Assembly (NCBI GenBank): GCA_024639455.1
Contig: JAHEIH010000006.1
Span: forward strand, 44,411 to 108,410
From: Cellvibrionales bacterium
Lineage (GTDB): Bacteria > Pseudomonadota > Gammaproteobacteria > Pseudomonadales > JAHEIH01
Direction of reading: 5' to 3'
Length of the DNA: 64,000 nucleotides
Below, piece by piece: positions 28,136 through 36,301 of this stretch. The notes below the pieces were generated by a model. It was given only the letters and a program-made list of their open reading frames with translations. It was not told the origin of the DNA and did not search any database. Both the position numbers and the translations under genes were made by a program. Position 1 is the stretch's first letter. Every line of letters starts with the position of its first letter.

Positions 28136-28922
28136 CCCGGTGAGTTCGGCGGCGGCCGCACTGGCCGAACCACCAAGCGCGACCTCAAGTCATACACCAC
28201 CAGCCCCTGTTCAGAAGGCCGCTGAGGCAAATGCCACCTCCAACCGTGAAGAGACATCCTTCAGTGCGGCGGCGATTTTGCAAGACATCGTTGAGCAAGA
28301 GCAGGAGCAAGAGCAGGAGCAAGCAGCGCCATCTGTACCCGCTGTCGAACCAGAGCCACAAGTGGTTCCGGCGACTGACGTTGATGAGCCAGTCTCGCGT
28401 GCCGCTGAACTCTATGCCGCGGCAGATGAGCCTGTGGAGGATGTGGAGGTAGGACTGACACACGAGTCCACACCGGTTGATGTGCTTGAAACGCAGCGTT
28501 CTCCCAGTGTTGCTTTGGTGGATATTACCCCCCAGTCGTGGCCAATGTTATATGGTCAACTGGATTTAAGTGGGGTGGCCAAGTCGGTGATTTCTCATTG
28601 TGCGCTACAGCGTATTGAGGGGCAGGATTTTCACTTTGTGCTCGAACAGCGCAACGCGGGCTTGTTTAATGAGGCCTACACCACCAAATTACAGGAAAGC
28701 CTGGCACGTCTGTGCGGCGCAGCGCTGCAGTTGACCATCGACATCGGTGAGACAACCATGCAAACACCGGCGCAGTATATGCAAGCCCAGGCAGAGGCGC
28801 GTCAGGCTGAGGCTGAACGCCGTATACACGCGGATCCCAATGTACAAATGTTAATGCAGCGTTTCGACGCGAGTATCATTCCAGAGAGTATTGAGCCGAT
28901 GGCAAGTGAGGAAAAAGCATGA
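26976..28922 (+). CDS. dnaX: DNA polymerase III subunit tau (full-length dnaX product)
   Basis: [10 protein letters not shown], Walker [10 protein letters not shown], zinc module [19 protein letters not shown], and Walker B/DEAD-like [10 protein letters not shown] Pro/Ala/Glu-rich linker precedes the C-terminal tau-specific domains. Confidence 0.93.
   Translation: MSYQVLARKWRPKRFREMAGQEHVLQAIINGLDHDRLHHAYLFTGTRGVGKTTIARIFAKCLNCESGVSSEPCGSCTSCTEINENRFIDLIEVDAASRTKVEDTRELLENVQYAPSKGRYKVYLIDEVHMLSNSSFNALLKTLEEPPPHVKFLLATTDPQKLPATVLSRCLQFNLKNLSPERIVQHLKDVLQQEMVQFDEPALWLLGRAANGSMRDALSLTDQAIAFGSGKVLEGEVATMLGTIDTSYIVTMLHGLAHNDAAALLAAVDHMSEHSPDYQAALEAMLLLLHRITVAQMVPAAVDNAQGDREQVLDLAEQLPAGDVQLFYQLGLHARRDLPLAPDPRSGFEMAVLRMMAFKPQTAEAASSRNMSSLAAQGGNPEVKKPNPVSSAAAALAEPPSATSSHTPPAPVQKAAEANATSNREETSFSAAAILQDIVEQEQEQEQEQAAPSVPAVEPEPQVVPATDVDEPVSRAAELYAAADEPVEDVEVGLTHESTPVDVLETQRSPSVALVDITPQSWPMLYGQLDLSGVAKSVISHCALQRIEGQDFHFVLEQRNAGLFNEAYTTKLQESLARLCGAALQLTIDIGETTMQTPAQYMQAQAEARQAEAERRIHADPNVQMLMQRFDASIIPESIEPMASEEKA
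28105..28174 (+). promoter_or_regulatory. dnaX programmed -1 ribosomal frameshift cassette
   Basis: Three elements. An internal SD-like AGGGAGG (28105-28111) sits 12 nt upstream of the slippery A AAA AAG (28124-28130). The stem-loop GGTG(A)GTTCGGC / GCCGAACCACC (28139-28174) starts 8 nt downstream. Confidence 0.7.
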
Positions 28923-29245
28923 AATTCGGTGACATCGGAAACCTGATGAAACAAGCCCAAGCCATGCAGGAAAAAATGGCTGAAGCGCAAGATCAAATGG
29001 CCAAGCGCGAGGTGATCGGCGAAGCCGGCGCGGGCATGGTGAAAGTGACCATGAACGGCCGCCACGACGTACGTCGTACCGAAATCGATCCGGCGCTGAT
29101 GAGCGAAGATAAAGAAATTCTTGAGGATCTTTTGACCGCGGCCGTCAACGATGCTGTTCGCAAGGTCGAAGCTGTAAACAAAGAAGCGATGAAAGACGTC
29201 ACCGGTGGTATGCCTTTGCCTGACGGCTTTAAGTTTCCATTTTAG
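28919..29245 (+). CDS. ybaB: nucleoid-associated protein YbaB/EbfC
   Basis: 108 aa. [13 protein letters not shown] and the [11 protein letters not shown] block. Conserved dnaX-ybaB-recR order; 4-nt overlap with dnaX. Confidence 0.9.
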   Translation: MKFGDIGNLMKQAQAMQEKMAEAQDQMAKREVIGEAGAGMVKVTMNGRHDVRRTEIDPALMSEDKEILEDLLTAAVNDAVRKVEAVNKEAMKDVTGGMPLPDGFKFPF

Positions 29246-29254
29246 AGTGCTGCA

Positions 29255-29854
29255 ATGTCGTTTAGCCCGCTGATCAACAACCTTATCGAATCGTTGCGCT
29301 GCTTACCTGGCGTGGGGCCAAAGTCTGCCCAGCGCATGGCCATGCACATTCTTGAGCACGATCGAGCACGTGGTACCACGCTTGCTCAAGCGCTCGCGGA
29401 AGCGATCGATAAGGTAGGGCAGTGCGATACCTGCAGGACCCTCACCGAGCAGCCGCGTTGCGACATTTGCAGTAATGCAAAGCGTGATGAGCGCTTGTTG
29501 TGCGTGGTTGAACAGCCATCGGACGTGATTGCCGTCGAGCAGTCAGGAACTTACCGCGGTCGTTATTTTGTGTTGATGGGGCACTTATCGCCCATCGATG
29601 GCGTCGGTCCAGAGCAGCTAGGTATTCCTCAGCTACTTGTGCGCTTGCAAGAAGGCGGCACCGAAGAGTTGATCATCGCCACTAATCCCACGGTAGAGGG
29701 CGAGGCCACGGCCTATTATATCGCTGAGCAGGCAAAGCCCCTGGATGTCTCTGTTAGCCGTATTGCCCACGGTGTTCCTCTCGGTGGAGATCTTGATTTA
29801 GTTGATATGGGCACGTTGGCTCATGCCTTTAAGGGAAGGACGAAATTTTCATGA
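29255..29854 (+). CDS. recR: recombination protein RecR
   Basis: [13 protein letters not shown] helix-hairpin-helix, C4 zinc finger CDTC...CDIC, and a Toprim region. Confidence 0.92.
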   Translation: MSFSPLINNLIESLRCLPGVGPKSAQRMAMHILEHDRARGTTLAQALAEAIDKVGQCDTCRTLTEQPRCDICSNAKRDERLLCVVEQPSDVIAVEQSGTYRGRYFVLMGHLSPIDGVGPEQLGIPQLLVRLQEGGTEELIIATNPTVEGEATAYYIAEQAKPLDVSVSRIAHGVPLGGDLDLVDMGTLAHAFKGRTKFS

Positions 29855-30996
29855 GCCAGTATACCTGGGTCGACCAGAGTGACTCGCTCGCCGCGCTATG
29901 CAAACGTTGGGGCTCACTGAGCCACATTGGCTTGGATACCGAGTTTATTCGCGAGCGCACCTTTTATCCCATCGCCGCTTTAATTCAGGTTAACGACGGC
30001 GAGGGTAACTACCTGATCGACCCCACTGTTATCGATGATCTGCAGCCACTCAAGTCGCTGTTGCAGGGCAGTGAATGTATCAAAGTGATGCACTCGTGCT
30101 CGGAGGATTTAGAGGTTTTTGCCAAGTTGTTGCAATGCCATGTGGAGCCATTGGCGGATACTCAGGTGGCTGGCGCCTTGTTGGGTCTGGGCCCCGCGTT
30201 GGGCTATGCCAATATCTGTAAAATGGAACTCGATATCGAGGTAGACAAAGGTGAAACCCGTTCTAACTGGTTGCAGCGGCCACTGACCGAATCTCAGTGC
30301 CATTATGCTGCCCTTGATGTCGAACACTTGTTGCCGCTTTACGACAAACTAATGGACCAGCTCGAAGACGCCGGCAAAGCTGACCTGTTCGACCAAGAAT
30401 GCGAGCGCATCGAGTTCCAATCAAGCCAAACCGTCGACTTTCAAGAAGCCTATGCGCGCATTAAAGCGGCTTGGAAAATGTCGCCACAACATCTTAATCG
30501 CTTGCGCGCCCTGGCGGCCTGGCGTGAAGAGCAGGCTCGCCTCAAAGACAAGCCGCGCAATCACTTAATCCGCGATAGCGGTTTGATTAACATGGTAGAA
30601 CGCCAGCCTCTAAGTATCGAAGACATCAAGGGACTGACCGATGTATCACCAGCCTTTATTCGCAAATATGGTGAGGTGATGATTGAACTCATTAACTGGG
30701 CTGATCAGCAGCCCCGTCAGGCCTGGCCCGAACGTATGGATAAGCCATTGAGTAAGGGGCAAGCAAAATTGATGAGCCAGTTTAAACAACGCCTGGTTGT
30801 TATGGCCGAACAGCAGTCCATCTGCCCCGAATTGTTAGCCAGTAAGCGCGATGTTGAACCCGTGATTCGCGCCAATATTGCCAATCGGCCCATCAATTTA
30901 GATTATTTGCGCTCAGATTGGCGTATTCAGGCATATCGAGAGGCTTGCGGCGCGCTCGATATTACCTGTCAATCGCGCTTAGGAGAAGGTTGTTGA
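29851..30996 (+). CDS. rnd: ribonuclease D
   Basis: DEDD 3'-5' exonuclease blocks [19 protein letters not shown] and YAALDVEHL, plus an HRDC region. Confidence 0.88.
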   Translation: MSQYTWVDQSDSLAALCKRWGSLSHIGLDTEFIRERTFYPIAALIQVNDGEGNYLIDPTVIDDLQPLKSLLQGSECIKVMHSCSEDLEVFAKLLQCHVEPLADTQVAGALLGLGPALGYANICKMELDIEVDKGETRSNWLQRPLTESQCHYAALDVEHLLPLYDKLMDQLEDAGKADLFDQECERIEFQSSQTVDFQEAYARIKAAWKMSPQHLNRLRALAAWREEQARLKDKPRNHLIRDSGLINMVERQPLSIEDIKGLTDVSPAFIRKYGEVMIELINWADQQPRQAWPERMDKPLSKGQAKLMSQFKQRLVVMAEQQSICPELLASKRDVEPVIRANIANRPINLDYLRSDWRIQAYREACGALDITCQSRLGEGC

Positions 30997-31268
30997 ACAA
31001 GCGAATTTGCAAAGTATATCGCTGCAGTAAAAAGGATGAGATGTATCTTTACGTGGACTCACGCGAGGAGTTGAACCGTGTACCCGAGGCGCTCGTATCC
31101 CAATTGGGCAGCATTAGTCTGGTAATGACCATGTTGATCAGTACAGAGAAAAAACTCGCCCGCGCGGATTCTGCCAAAGTATTGGCTGAAATCGAAGATA
31201 AGGGCTTTTATCTACAGCTACCGCCACCACCCGAAGATTACATGGCACAGGTGAAAAAGCCCTCATGA
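30990..31268 (+). CDS. ycgL: YcgL-domain protein
   Basis: CKVYRCSKKDEMYLYV...RVPE...GFYLQLPPPPEDY matches E. coli YcgL by eye. Start moved to TTG 30990/30993 behind an aggaga SD; the ORF-track ATG at 30918 lies inside rnd. Confidence 0.8.
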   Translation: MLNKRICKVYRCSKKDEMYLYVDSREELNRVPEALVSQLGSISLVMTMLISTEKKLARADSAKVLAEIEDKGFYLQLPPPPEDYMAQVKKPS

Positions 31269-31702
31269 AGGACTTTTGGCGCCACGTGCCGCTGCAAGAC
31301 ATGACCCCGCAGCAGTGGGAATCACTGTGCGATGGTTGTGGTAAATGCTGTTTGCACAAGTTGGAAGACGAGGAAGACGGTGGTGTGTACTACACCAAAG
31401 TTGCCTGTCGTTTGCTTGATTGCCAGACCGCAAAATGTAGCGACTATACTAATCGCAAGCAACAGGTGCCTGGTTGTACTACCCTCGATCCGAACAATAT
31501 CGAGGCGTTCTTTTGGATGCCCTCGACGTGTGCCTATCGCCGCTTGGCCGAGGGTCAGCTACTCCCCAAGTGGCACCCGTTGCGCACCGGTGATCCGGAC
31601 TCGACCCGCAAACACAATCGCTCCATTGCAGGTTTGTGTTTATCTGAGCGCGACGTCGAGGAAGAAGATTACGAACTACATATCGTGAACTGGGTTCAAT
31701 AA
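31265..31702 (+). CDS. ycgN: YcgN-family (UPF0260) cysteine-cluster protein
   Basis: CDGCGKCCLHKLED...YYT..ACRLLD...C.DY is the YcgN signature. 4-nt overlap with ycgL. Confidence 0.82.
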   Translation: MKDFWRHVPLQDMTPQQWESLCDGCGKCCLHKLEDEEDGGVYYTKVACRLLDCQTAKCSDYTNRKQQVPGCTTLDPNNIEAFFWMPSTCAYRRLAEGQLLPKWHPLRTGDPDSTRKHNRSIAGLCLSERDVEEEDYELHIVNWVQ

Positions 31703-32049
31703 TGACGATGTTGACTGAACAGGCCCATATGCTGACATGGGTGATTTATTTCGCTGGCGTAGCGCTGGGCTTAGTAGTATTGGGACATTTACTTCAACGT
31801 GTTCGTCGCCCCTTTGTACGAGTGCTTTGTCGCGCCTTGTATCTGGGCGTGTTGTTGGCACCCGTTTCGACGGACCCAGAACGCTTATTCTTTACCCCCG
31901 CTATCATGCAGGCTTCACTCAGCGCTATGGCGGGGCGATTCGAACCTATGCAACAGGCCCTTATTAGCATAGGTGGTGTCACCTTATTGGCACTGTTGCT
32001 CGCTATAACCTACTATCTGAAGGTGTTTTACAACAAAAAAAGTGCTTAA
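31702..32049 (+). CDS. small integral membrane protein (3 predicted TM), unknown function
   Basis: taATG 1-nt overlap with the ycgN stop. Hydrophobic segments WVIYFAGVALGLVVLG, LYLGVLLAPV and IGGVTLLALLLAITYYL. Confidence 0.55.
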   Translation: MTMLTEQAHMLTWVIYFAGVALGLVVLGHLLQRVRRPFVRVLCRALYLGVLLAPVSTDPERLFFTPAIMQASLSAMAGRFEPMQQALISIGGVTLLALLLAITYYLKVFYNKKSA

Positions 32050-32076
32050 CGGCGCCCCCAGCTGAAGGAACAGAAC

Positions 32077-35000
32077 ATGAAAGGCCTACGTTATCTCCTA
32101 CTGATTGCGATAACGGTATTGACGGTCAACGCCAGCGTTGCCCAGCCAAGCCAAGCCCCCGCCGACGTGAGGGTGTTGATTGATGTCTCTGGCAGTATGC
32201 GTGACAACGATCCCAATAATCTGCGTCAGTCAGCCCTTCAATTGTTGGTCAATCTATTACCAGCTGATGCCACCGGTGGAGTTTGGACCTTTGGCCAGTG
32301 GGTTAATATGGTTATTAAGCCCGCACCTGTCGACAGTGTTTGGCGCGACGAAGCGATCGCCCAGTCCAAAAAAATTGCGTCCCACGGTCTGTACACCAAT
32401 ATTGGTGGGGCTTTGGATAAAGCATCCTACGATTTTAAGTACAGTAGCTTTGATGCTTCGCGCCGACCAACCAGCATTATTTTGTTGACCGATGGTATGG
32501 TTGATATCGATAAGAGCCCCGCGATCGATGCGGCTGAGCGAGAGCGTATCCTGGGTGATGTGCTGGATAAGTACGTTGAGGCCGGTGTCAAAATTCACAC
32601 TGTAGCGTTGTCCAACCACGCCGATCGAGAATTGTTGCAAACCCTGTCGCAGCGTACCGATGGCCAGTTTTATACCGCCAGTAGTGCCGATGAATTAAGC
32701 CGTATATTTCTACGAACCTTCGACAATATAGTGCCCGCAACTGAAGTTGCCATCAAAGATAACCGCTTTGCCATCGATAGCTCTATCAATGAATTTACCG
32801 CGCTGATATTCCGCAGCAGTGGTGCGGTAGCCACCGGCGTGATTGACCCCAATGGCTCACGTATCGACGTCAACAATACCCCTCGAGGGGTGCGTTGGTA
32901 TGCGGCGAGTGACTATGACCTGATCACCGTGAATAAACCCATGGCTGGCAGTTGGCAAATTGATGCCGCTGAAGATGATGCAAACCGCGTCTCCATCGTC
33001 AGCAATCTGGCCATGCGCATAGGAGATTTGCCCAATGCCTCTGACCAGCATCGCTCGATAGCGTTTAATGTTGACGTTCTGCAGCAGGGCGAGATTGTGA
33101 CCGATCGCGCCTTCCTAGAATTGTTGAAGATGTCTGGTGTGGCCATCAATGTAGACACCGGTGAGCGCCAAACGATCACGGCGCTTGGGCAAGAGACGGG
33201 GCGTTACCGTTTTCAATTGGTACCTGCCAGCGCCGGTAAGTTTGAAGTTCAGGTGGATGTGGTTGCAAAAACCTTTGATCGTAGACAGAGCGCCACCCTT
33301 GATGTGTCGCCCTTGTTTAGCAGCGAGAGTCGCTTCGATAGCGATAGCGTTGAGATGACTGTCGATGTTACACCTTTATCTAACAATATTGATACCTCTT
33401 CATACAGCGTGGATGTTGAGGTCAGCCCAAGCCTTAAAGAGGCAGAAACACTCGATATCATGGGGAGTCGTATTCAGTGGCGTGCTGAGCTCGATCAACA
33501 GGCGGATTATCAAATAAACGTCAGCGTGTTTGGCCGGTTCATCGACGGCACACCCTACAGCGATAACGTGCTATCGACCCGTGTTTCTAGCCCAGGTAAA
33601 GCCATTCCTGTGGTAGTGCCTGCGCCGGTGGTGAAACCAGTCCCCGTGGTGGAAGAAGGCCTGTTCGGTCTGTCTAAAAAACACACCATTTATGCCGCGG
33701 TTGGGCTCGGCAACCTCATTCTGTTGCTGTTGGCCGTGTGGGCTTACAAGCGCTTTATGGGAGGTAAATCGGAAGAGACAATCGAAAACGATACTAAGGA
33801 ATCACATGATTCCGAACCCTCTATCGAACAAGAACAACCTCCCGCACCGGATGCGGATATTGCCATTGGTAGCCTAGATGACCTGCAGGCAGTGGATATT
33901 GACGATGCGGTGGAGGATCCACTCGCTGGGGTAAGCTCCATCGACGACTTGTTAGACGATGAAGAATTATTGGGTGACGCCCAAGTCGACGATGTCGATC
34001 AGATCGTTGATGAAGCCGTCGCCGAATTCAATGAAGCAGAAAGCGTTGAGCAAGTGCCGCCTGTCGTTGACGACGTGTCGGCTGATATTGATATCCCCGA
34101 GGTGTTTGACGATGCCGTTGAGGAAGAGGTCACCGACGCGATGTGGGGAGATGCTCTCAGCGAGCAACTTAACAATGAACAAGAAGTGGTGGTTGAGGAA
34201 GAGCTTGAGCCAGAAACAGCAATAGAGCCCGAGCCTGACCCCGAGCTTGAGCCTGAGCCTGAGATAGAGGCAGAGGAAGTGGTTGATGACCTCAGCGCCG
34301 TACCCGAAAGTATTGAGGAAATTTCAGCAGAGGATTTGGCGGATTTTGAAAGCGCCCTCGATGATGTATTAGCTGGCGATATAGATGATAGCTCTGACCT
34401 TGTGGCTGAAGAGAATTCTGCCGAAATCGACGATGAATCTATTGTCGAAACGGCATTAGAAACGGATGAAGACATTGTTGAGAAAGAGGTTCAAAATCAT
34501 CCAACAGACGCATTAGAAGATATTGATGCTGAGGAGCTGGCCGATTTTGAAAGTGTCCTCGATGATGTATTAGCGGAAGATCCTGCAGAAATGCCTGTCG
34601 AAGAAACTGTGTTGGACGCATCAGATGATCTTGTTGAAGACGCCGTCGAAGAACTGCCGGCGTTACATGAAAATTTAGTGCAAGACGCTATTGACGAGAT
34701 CGAACTTGGCGACGCATTTGAAGGGGACCTTGATGTACTTGAAGATGAATTAGACGCTCTCGAAGAGGCCGATAATTTTGAACTCGATAAGGCGGATGAA
34801 GAGGATGTGCTCGAGCTAGAGGATGTGCCCGAGCTAGAAGATGTGCCCGAGCTAGAGGATGTGCCCGAGCTAGAAAATGTGCCCGAGCTAGAAGATGTCG
34901 TGCCGGAAGAGGAGTTACAAAGCGTCATCAATGACCGCAGTGCTTTTGATGCCCTTGGTGAAGAACTAGATGACCTATCTCTTACTGGCCGAGGCTTTAC

Positions 35001-35370
35001 CCCAGCGTTGGAAAAAACTAAGGATGTTGATTTCTCTGCCCTAGATGATAGCGATTTAGATGCGGCCTTAAACGATATGCTCAGCAGTACGGGTATTTCC
35101 GAGAGTGAATTAGATAAGTTTGACGCGCTCGTCGAGGAGCAGACGTTATCGGAAGCGCCGGCAGATGATGCCTTGATTGATGAAGATGCTGAAAAGCTGT
35201 TAGCGCCTGCTAGCGACGCCTTAGAAGACTTAATGGCCAATGATCTTGCCGACGATCTATCGCTTGATGAGGACCTTCCCGAATTGAGTACCGACGAAGA
35301 CCTTGAGCTCGACTTGGGTGACTTGGACGATCTGCTCGACGACCTCGATGATGAGCACGATAAAAAATAA
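32077..35370 (+). CDS. bitopic protein: signal peptide + periplasmic von Willebrand A domain and beta-rich region, one TM helix, ~530-aa hyper-acidic repeat-containing cytoplasmic tail
   Basis: Signal peptide ...VNASVAQP. MIDAS DVSGSM with downstream LLTDG. TM helix TIYAAVGLGNLILLLLAVWAY-KRF at about nt 33684-33755. The C-terminal half is dominated by D/E/L/V/A, with the repeated motifs AE(D/E)LADFES(A/V)LDDVLA and (EDVPEL)n. Confidence 0.8.
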   Translation: MKGLRYLLLIAITVLTVNASVAQPSQAPADVRVLIDVSGSMRDNDPNNLRQSALQLLVNLLPADATGGVWTFGQWVNMVIKPAPVDSVWRDEAIAQSKKIASHGLYTNIGGALDKASYDFKYSSFDASRRPTSIILLTDGMVDIDKSPAIDAAERERILGDVLDKYVEAGVKIHTVALSNHADRELLQTLSQRTDGQFYTASSADELSRIFLRTFDNIVPATEVAIKDNRFAIDSSINEFTALIFRSSGAVATGVIDPNGSRIDVNNTPRGVRWYAASDYDLITVNKPMAGSWQIDAAEDDANRVSIVSNLAMRIGDLPNASDQHRSIAFNVDVLQQGEIVTDRAFLELLKMSGVAINVDTGERQTITALGQETGRYRFQLVPASAGKFEVQVDVVAKTFDRRQSATLDVSPLFSSESRFDSDSVEMTVDVTPLSNNIDTSSYSVDVEVSPSLKEAETLDIMGSRIQWRAELDQQADYQINVSVFGRFIDGTPYSDNVLSTRVSSPGKAIPVVVPAPVVKPVPVVEEGLFGLSKKHTIYAAVGLGNLILLLLAVWAYKRFMGGKSEETIENDTKESHDSEPSIEQEQPPAPDADIAIGSLDDLQAVDIDDAVEDPLAGVSSIDDLLDDEELLGDAQVDDVDQIVDEAVAEFNEAESVEQVPPVVDDVSADIDIPEVFDDAVEEEVTDAMWGDALSEQLNNEQEVVVEEELEPETAIEPEPDPELEPEPEIEAEEVVDDLSAVPESIEEISAEDLADFESALDDVLAGDIDDSSDLVAEENSAEIDDESIVETALETDEDIVEKEVQNHPTDALEDIDAEELADFESVLDDVLAEDPAEMPVEETVLDASDDLVEDAVEELPALHENLVQDAIDEIELGDAFEGDLDVLEDELDALEEADNFELDKADEEDVLELEDVPELEDVPELEDVPELENVPELEDVVPEEELQSVINDRSAFDALGEELDDLSLTGRGFTPALEKTKDVDFSALDDSDLDAALNDMLSSTGISESELDKFDALVEEQTLSEAPADDALIDEDAEKLLAPASDALEDLMANDLADDLSLDEDLPELSTDEDLELDLGDLDDLLDDLDDEHDKK
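34801..34908 (+). repeat. in-frame 18-bp tandem repeat, about 5-6 copies (GAR GAT GTG CCC GAG CTA = E-D-V-P-E-L)
   Basis: Read directly. Copies start at 34801, 34819, 34837, 34855, 34873, with a degenerate copy at 34891. They differ at only 1-2 positions. Confidence 0.9.
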
Positions 35371-35393
35371 GCGAGTCGTTTGCGACTCGCTTT
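35371..35393 (+). terminator. candidate terminator after the acidic VWA gene
   Basis: GCGAGTCG-tttg-CGACTCGC-ttt directly after the stop. The U-tract is short. Confidence 0.5.
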
Positions 35394-35452
35394 GACTTCC
35401 CTTTATCGCATGGGGCTGTTTATCATGACAGCTTAATTTTTGGAGTCTGCCC

Positions 35453-36298
35453 ATGCGTTTTGAAAGTACCAACCAATATATCTCTACTGACGACCTGAGT
35501 ATGGCCGTCAATGCTTCCATTGCACTCTCGAGACCATTACTAATAAAAGGCGAGCCTGGCACGGGTAAAACCATGTTGGCCGAGCAAGTGGCAGAATCTC
35601 TCGGATTGCCACTGATTCAGTGGCATATCAAATCAACCACTAAGGCGCAGCAAGGTCTGTATGAGTACGACGCGGTTTCAAGACTGCGCGATTCTCAACT
35701 CGGTGACGATCGGGTCCACGATGTAGCCAATTATATCAAGCAAGGGAAATTGTGGGAGGCGTTCGCCTCTGAGCAACGTGTCGTGTTACTGATCGATGAA
35801 ATCGACAAGGCTGATATCGAGTTTCCTAACGATCTACTAGTGGAATTGGACAAGATGGAATTCCACGTGTACGAAACGGGCGAGACTGTTAAGGCGATTC
35901 AACGTCCAATTATTATCATTACCAGTAACAACGAAAAAGAGCTGCCCGATGCCTTCCTGCGTCGTTGCTTCTTTCACTTTATTAAATTTCCTGATCGCAA
36001 CACCATGCAGGCGATCATCGATGTCCACTACCCTGATATCAAACAGCAATTGGTGTCTGATGCCATGGATATCTTCTTTGAATTGCGCAATGTGCCTGGT
36101 TTGAAGAAGAAACCTTCAACGTCTGAGTTAATCGACTGGTTGAAATTATTGATGGCTGACGATATCCCAGAGCAAATTCTAAAGGATCACGATCCTCGCA
36201 ATGCCATTCCTCCGCTTTACGGTGCGTTGTTAAAAAATGAGCAGGACGTACACCTGCTAGAGCGCATTGCCTTTATGCACCGCAGTGAGCGTCGCTAA
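35453..36298 (+). CDS. MoxR/CoxD-like AAA+ ATPase (AAA_5)
   Basis: Walker A GEPGTGKT, Walker B VLLIDEIDKAD, sensor region IIIITSNNEKELPDAFLRRC. Confidence 0.85.
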   Translation: MRFESTNQYISTDDLSMAVNASIALSRPLLIKGEPGTGKTMLAEQVAESLGLPLIQWHIKSTTKAQQGLYEYDAVSRLRDSQLGDDRVHDVANYIKQGKLWEAFASEQRVVLLIDEIDKADIEFPNDLLVELDKMEFHVYETGETVKAIQRPIIIITSNNEKELPDAFLRRCFFHFIKFPDRNTMQAIIDVHYPDIKQQLVSDAMDIFFELRNVPGLKKKPSTSELIDWLKLLMADDIPEQILKDHDPRNAIPPLYGALLKNEQDVHLLERIAFMHRSERR

Positions 36299-36301
36299 AC
36301 C

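Noticed and set aside
34801-34908. A CRISPR-like regular repeat
   Set aside because: The units are contiguous 18-mers with no spacers, in frame within a coding sequence, and there are no cas genes. It is a coding tandem repeat.
33999-35240. Two long minus-strand ORFs (158 and 247 aa) encoding Ser-rich proteins, antisense to the acidic tail
   Set aside because: They are mirror images of the GAN/GTN-rich sense codons: antisense of Asp/Glu/Leu runs gives Ser/Ile/Ala/Thr-rich open frames. They have no SD or start context, and they lie entirely within a much longer, motif-supported gene.
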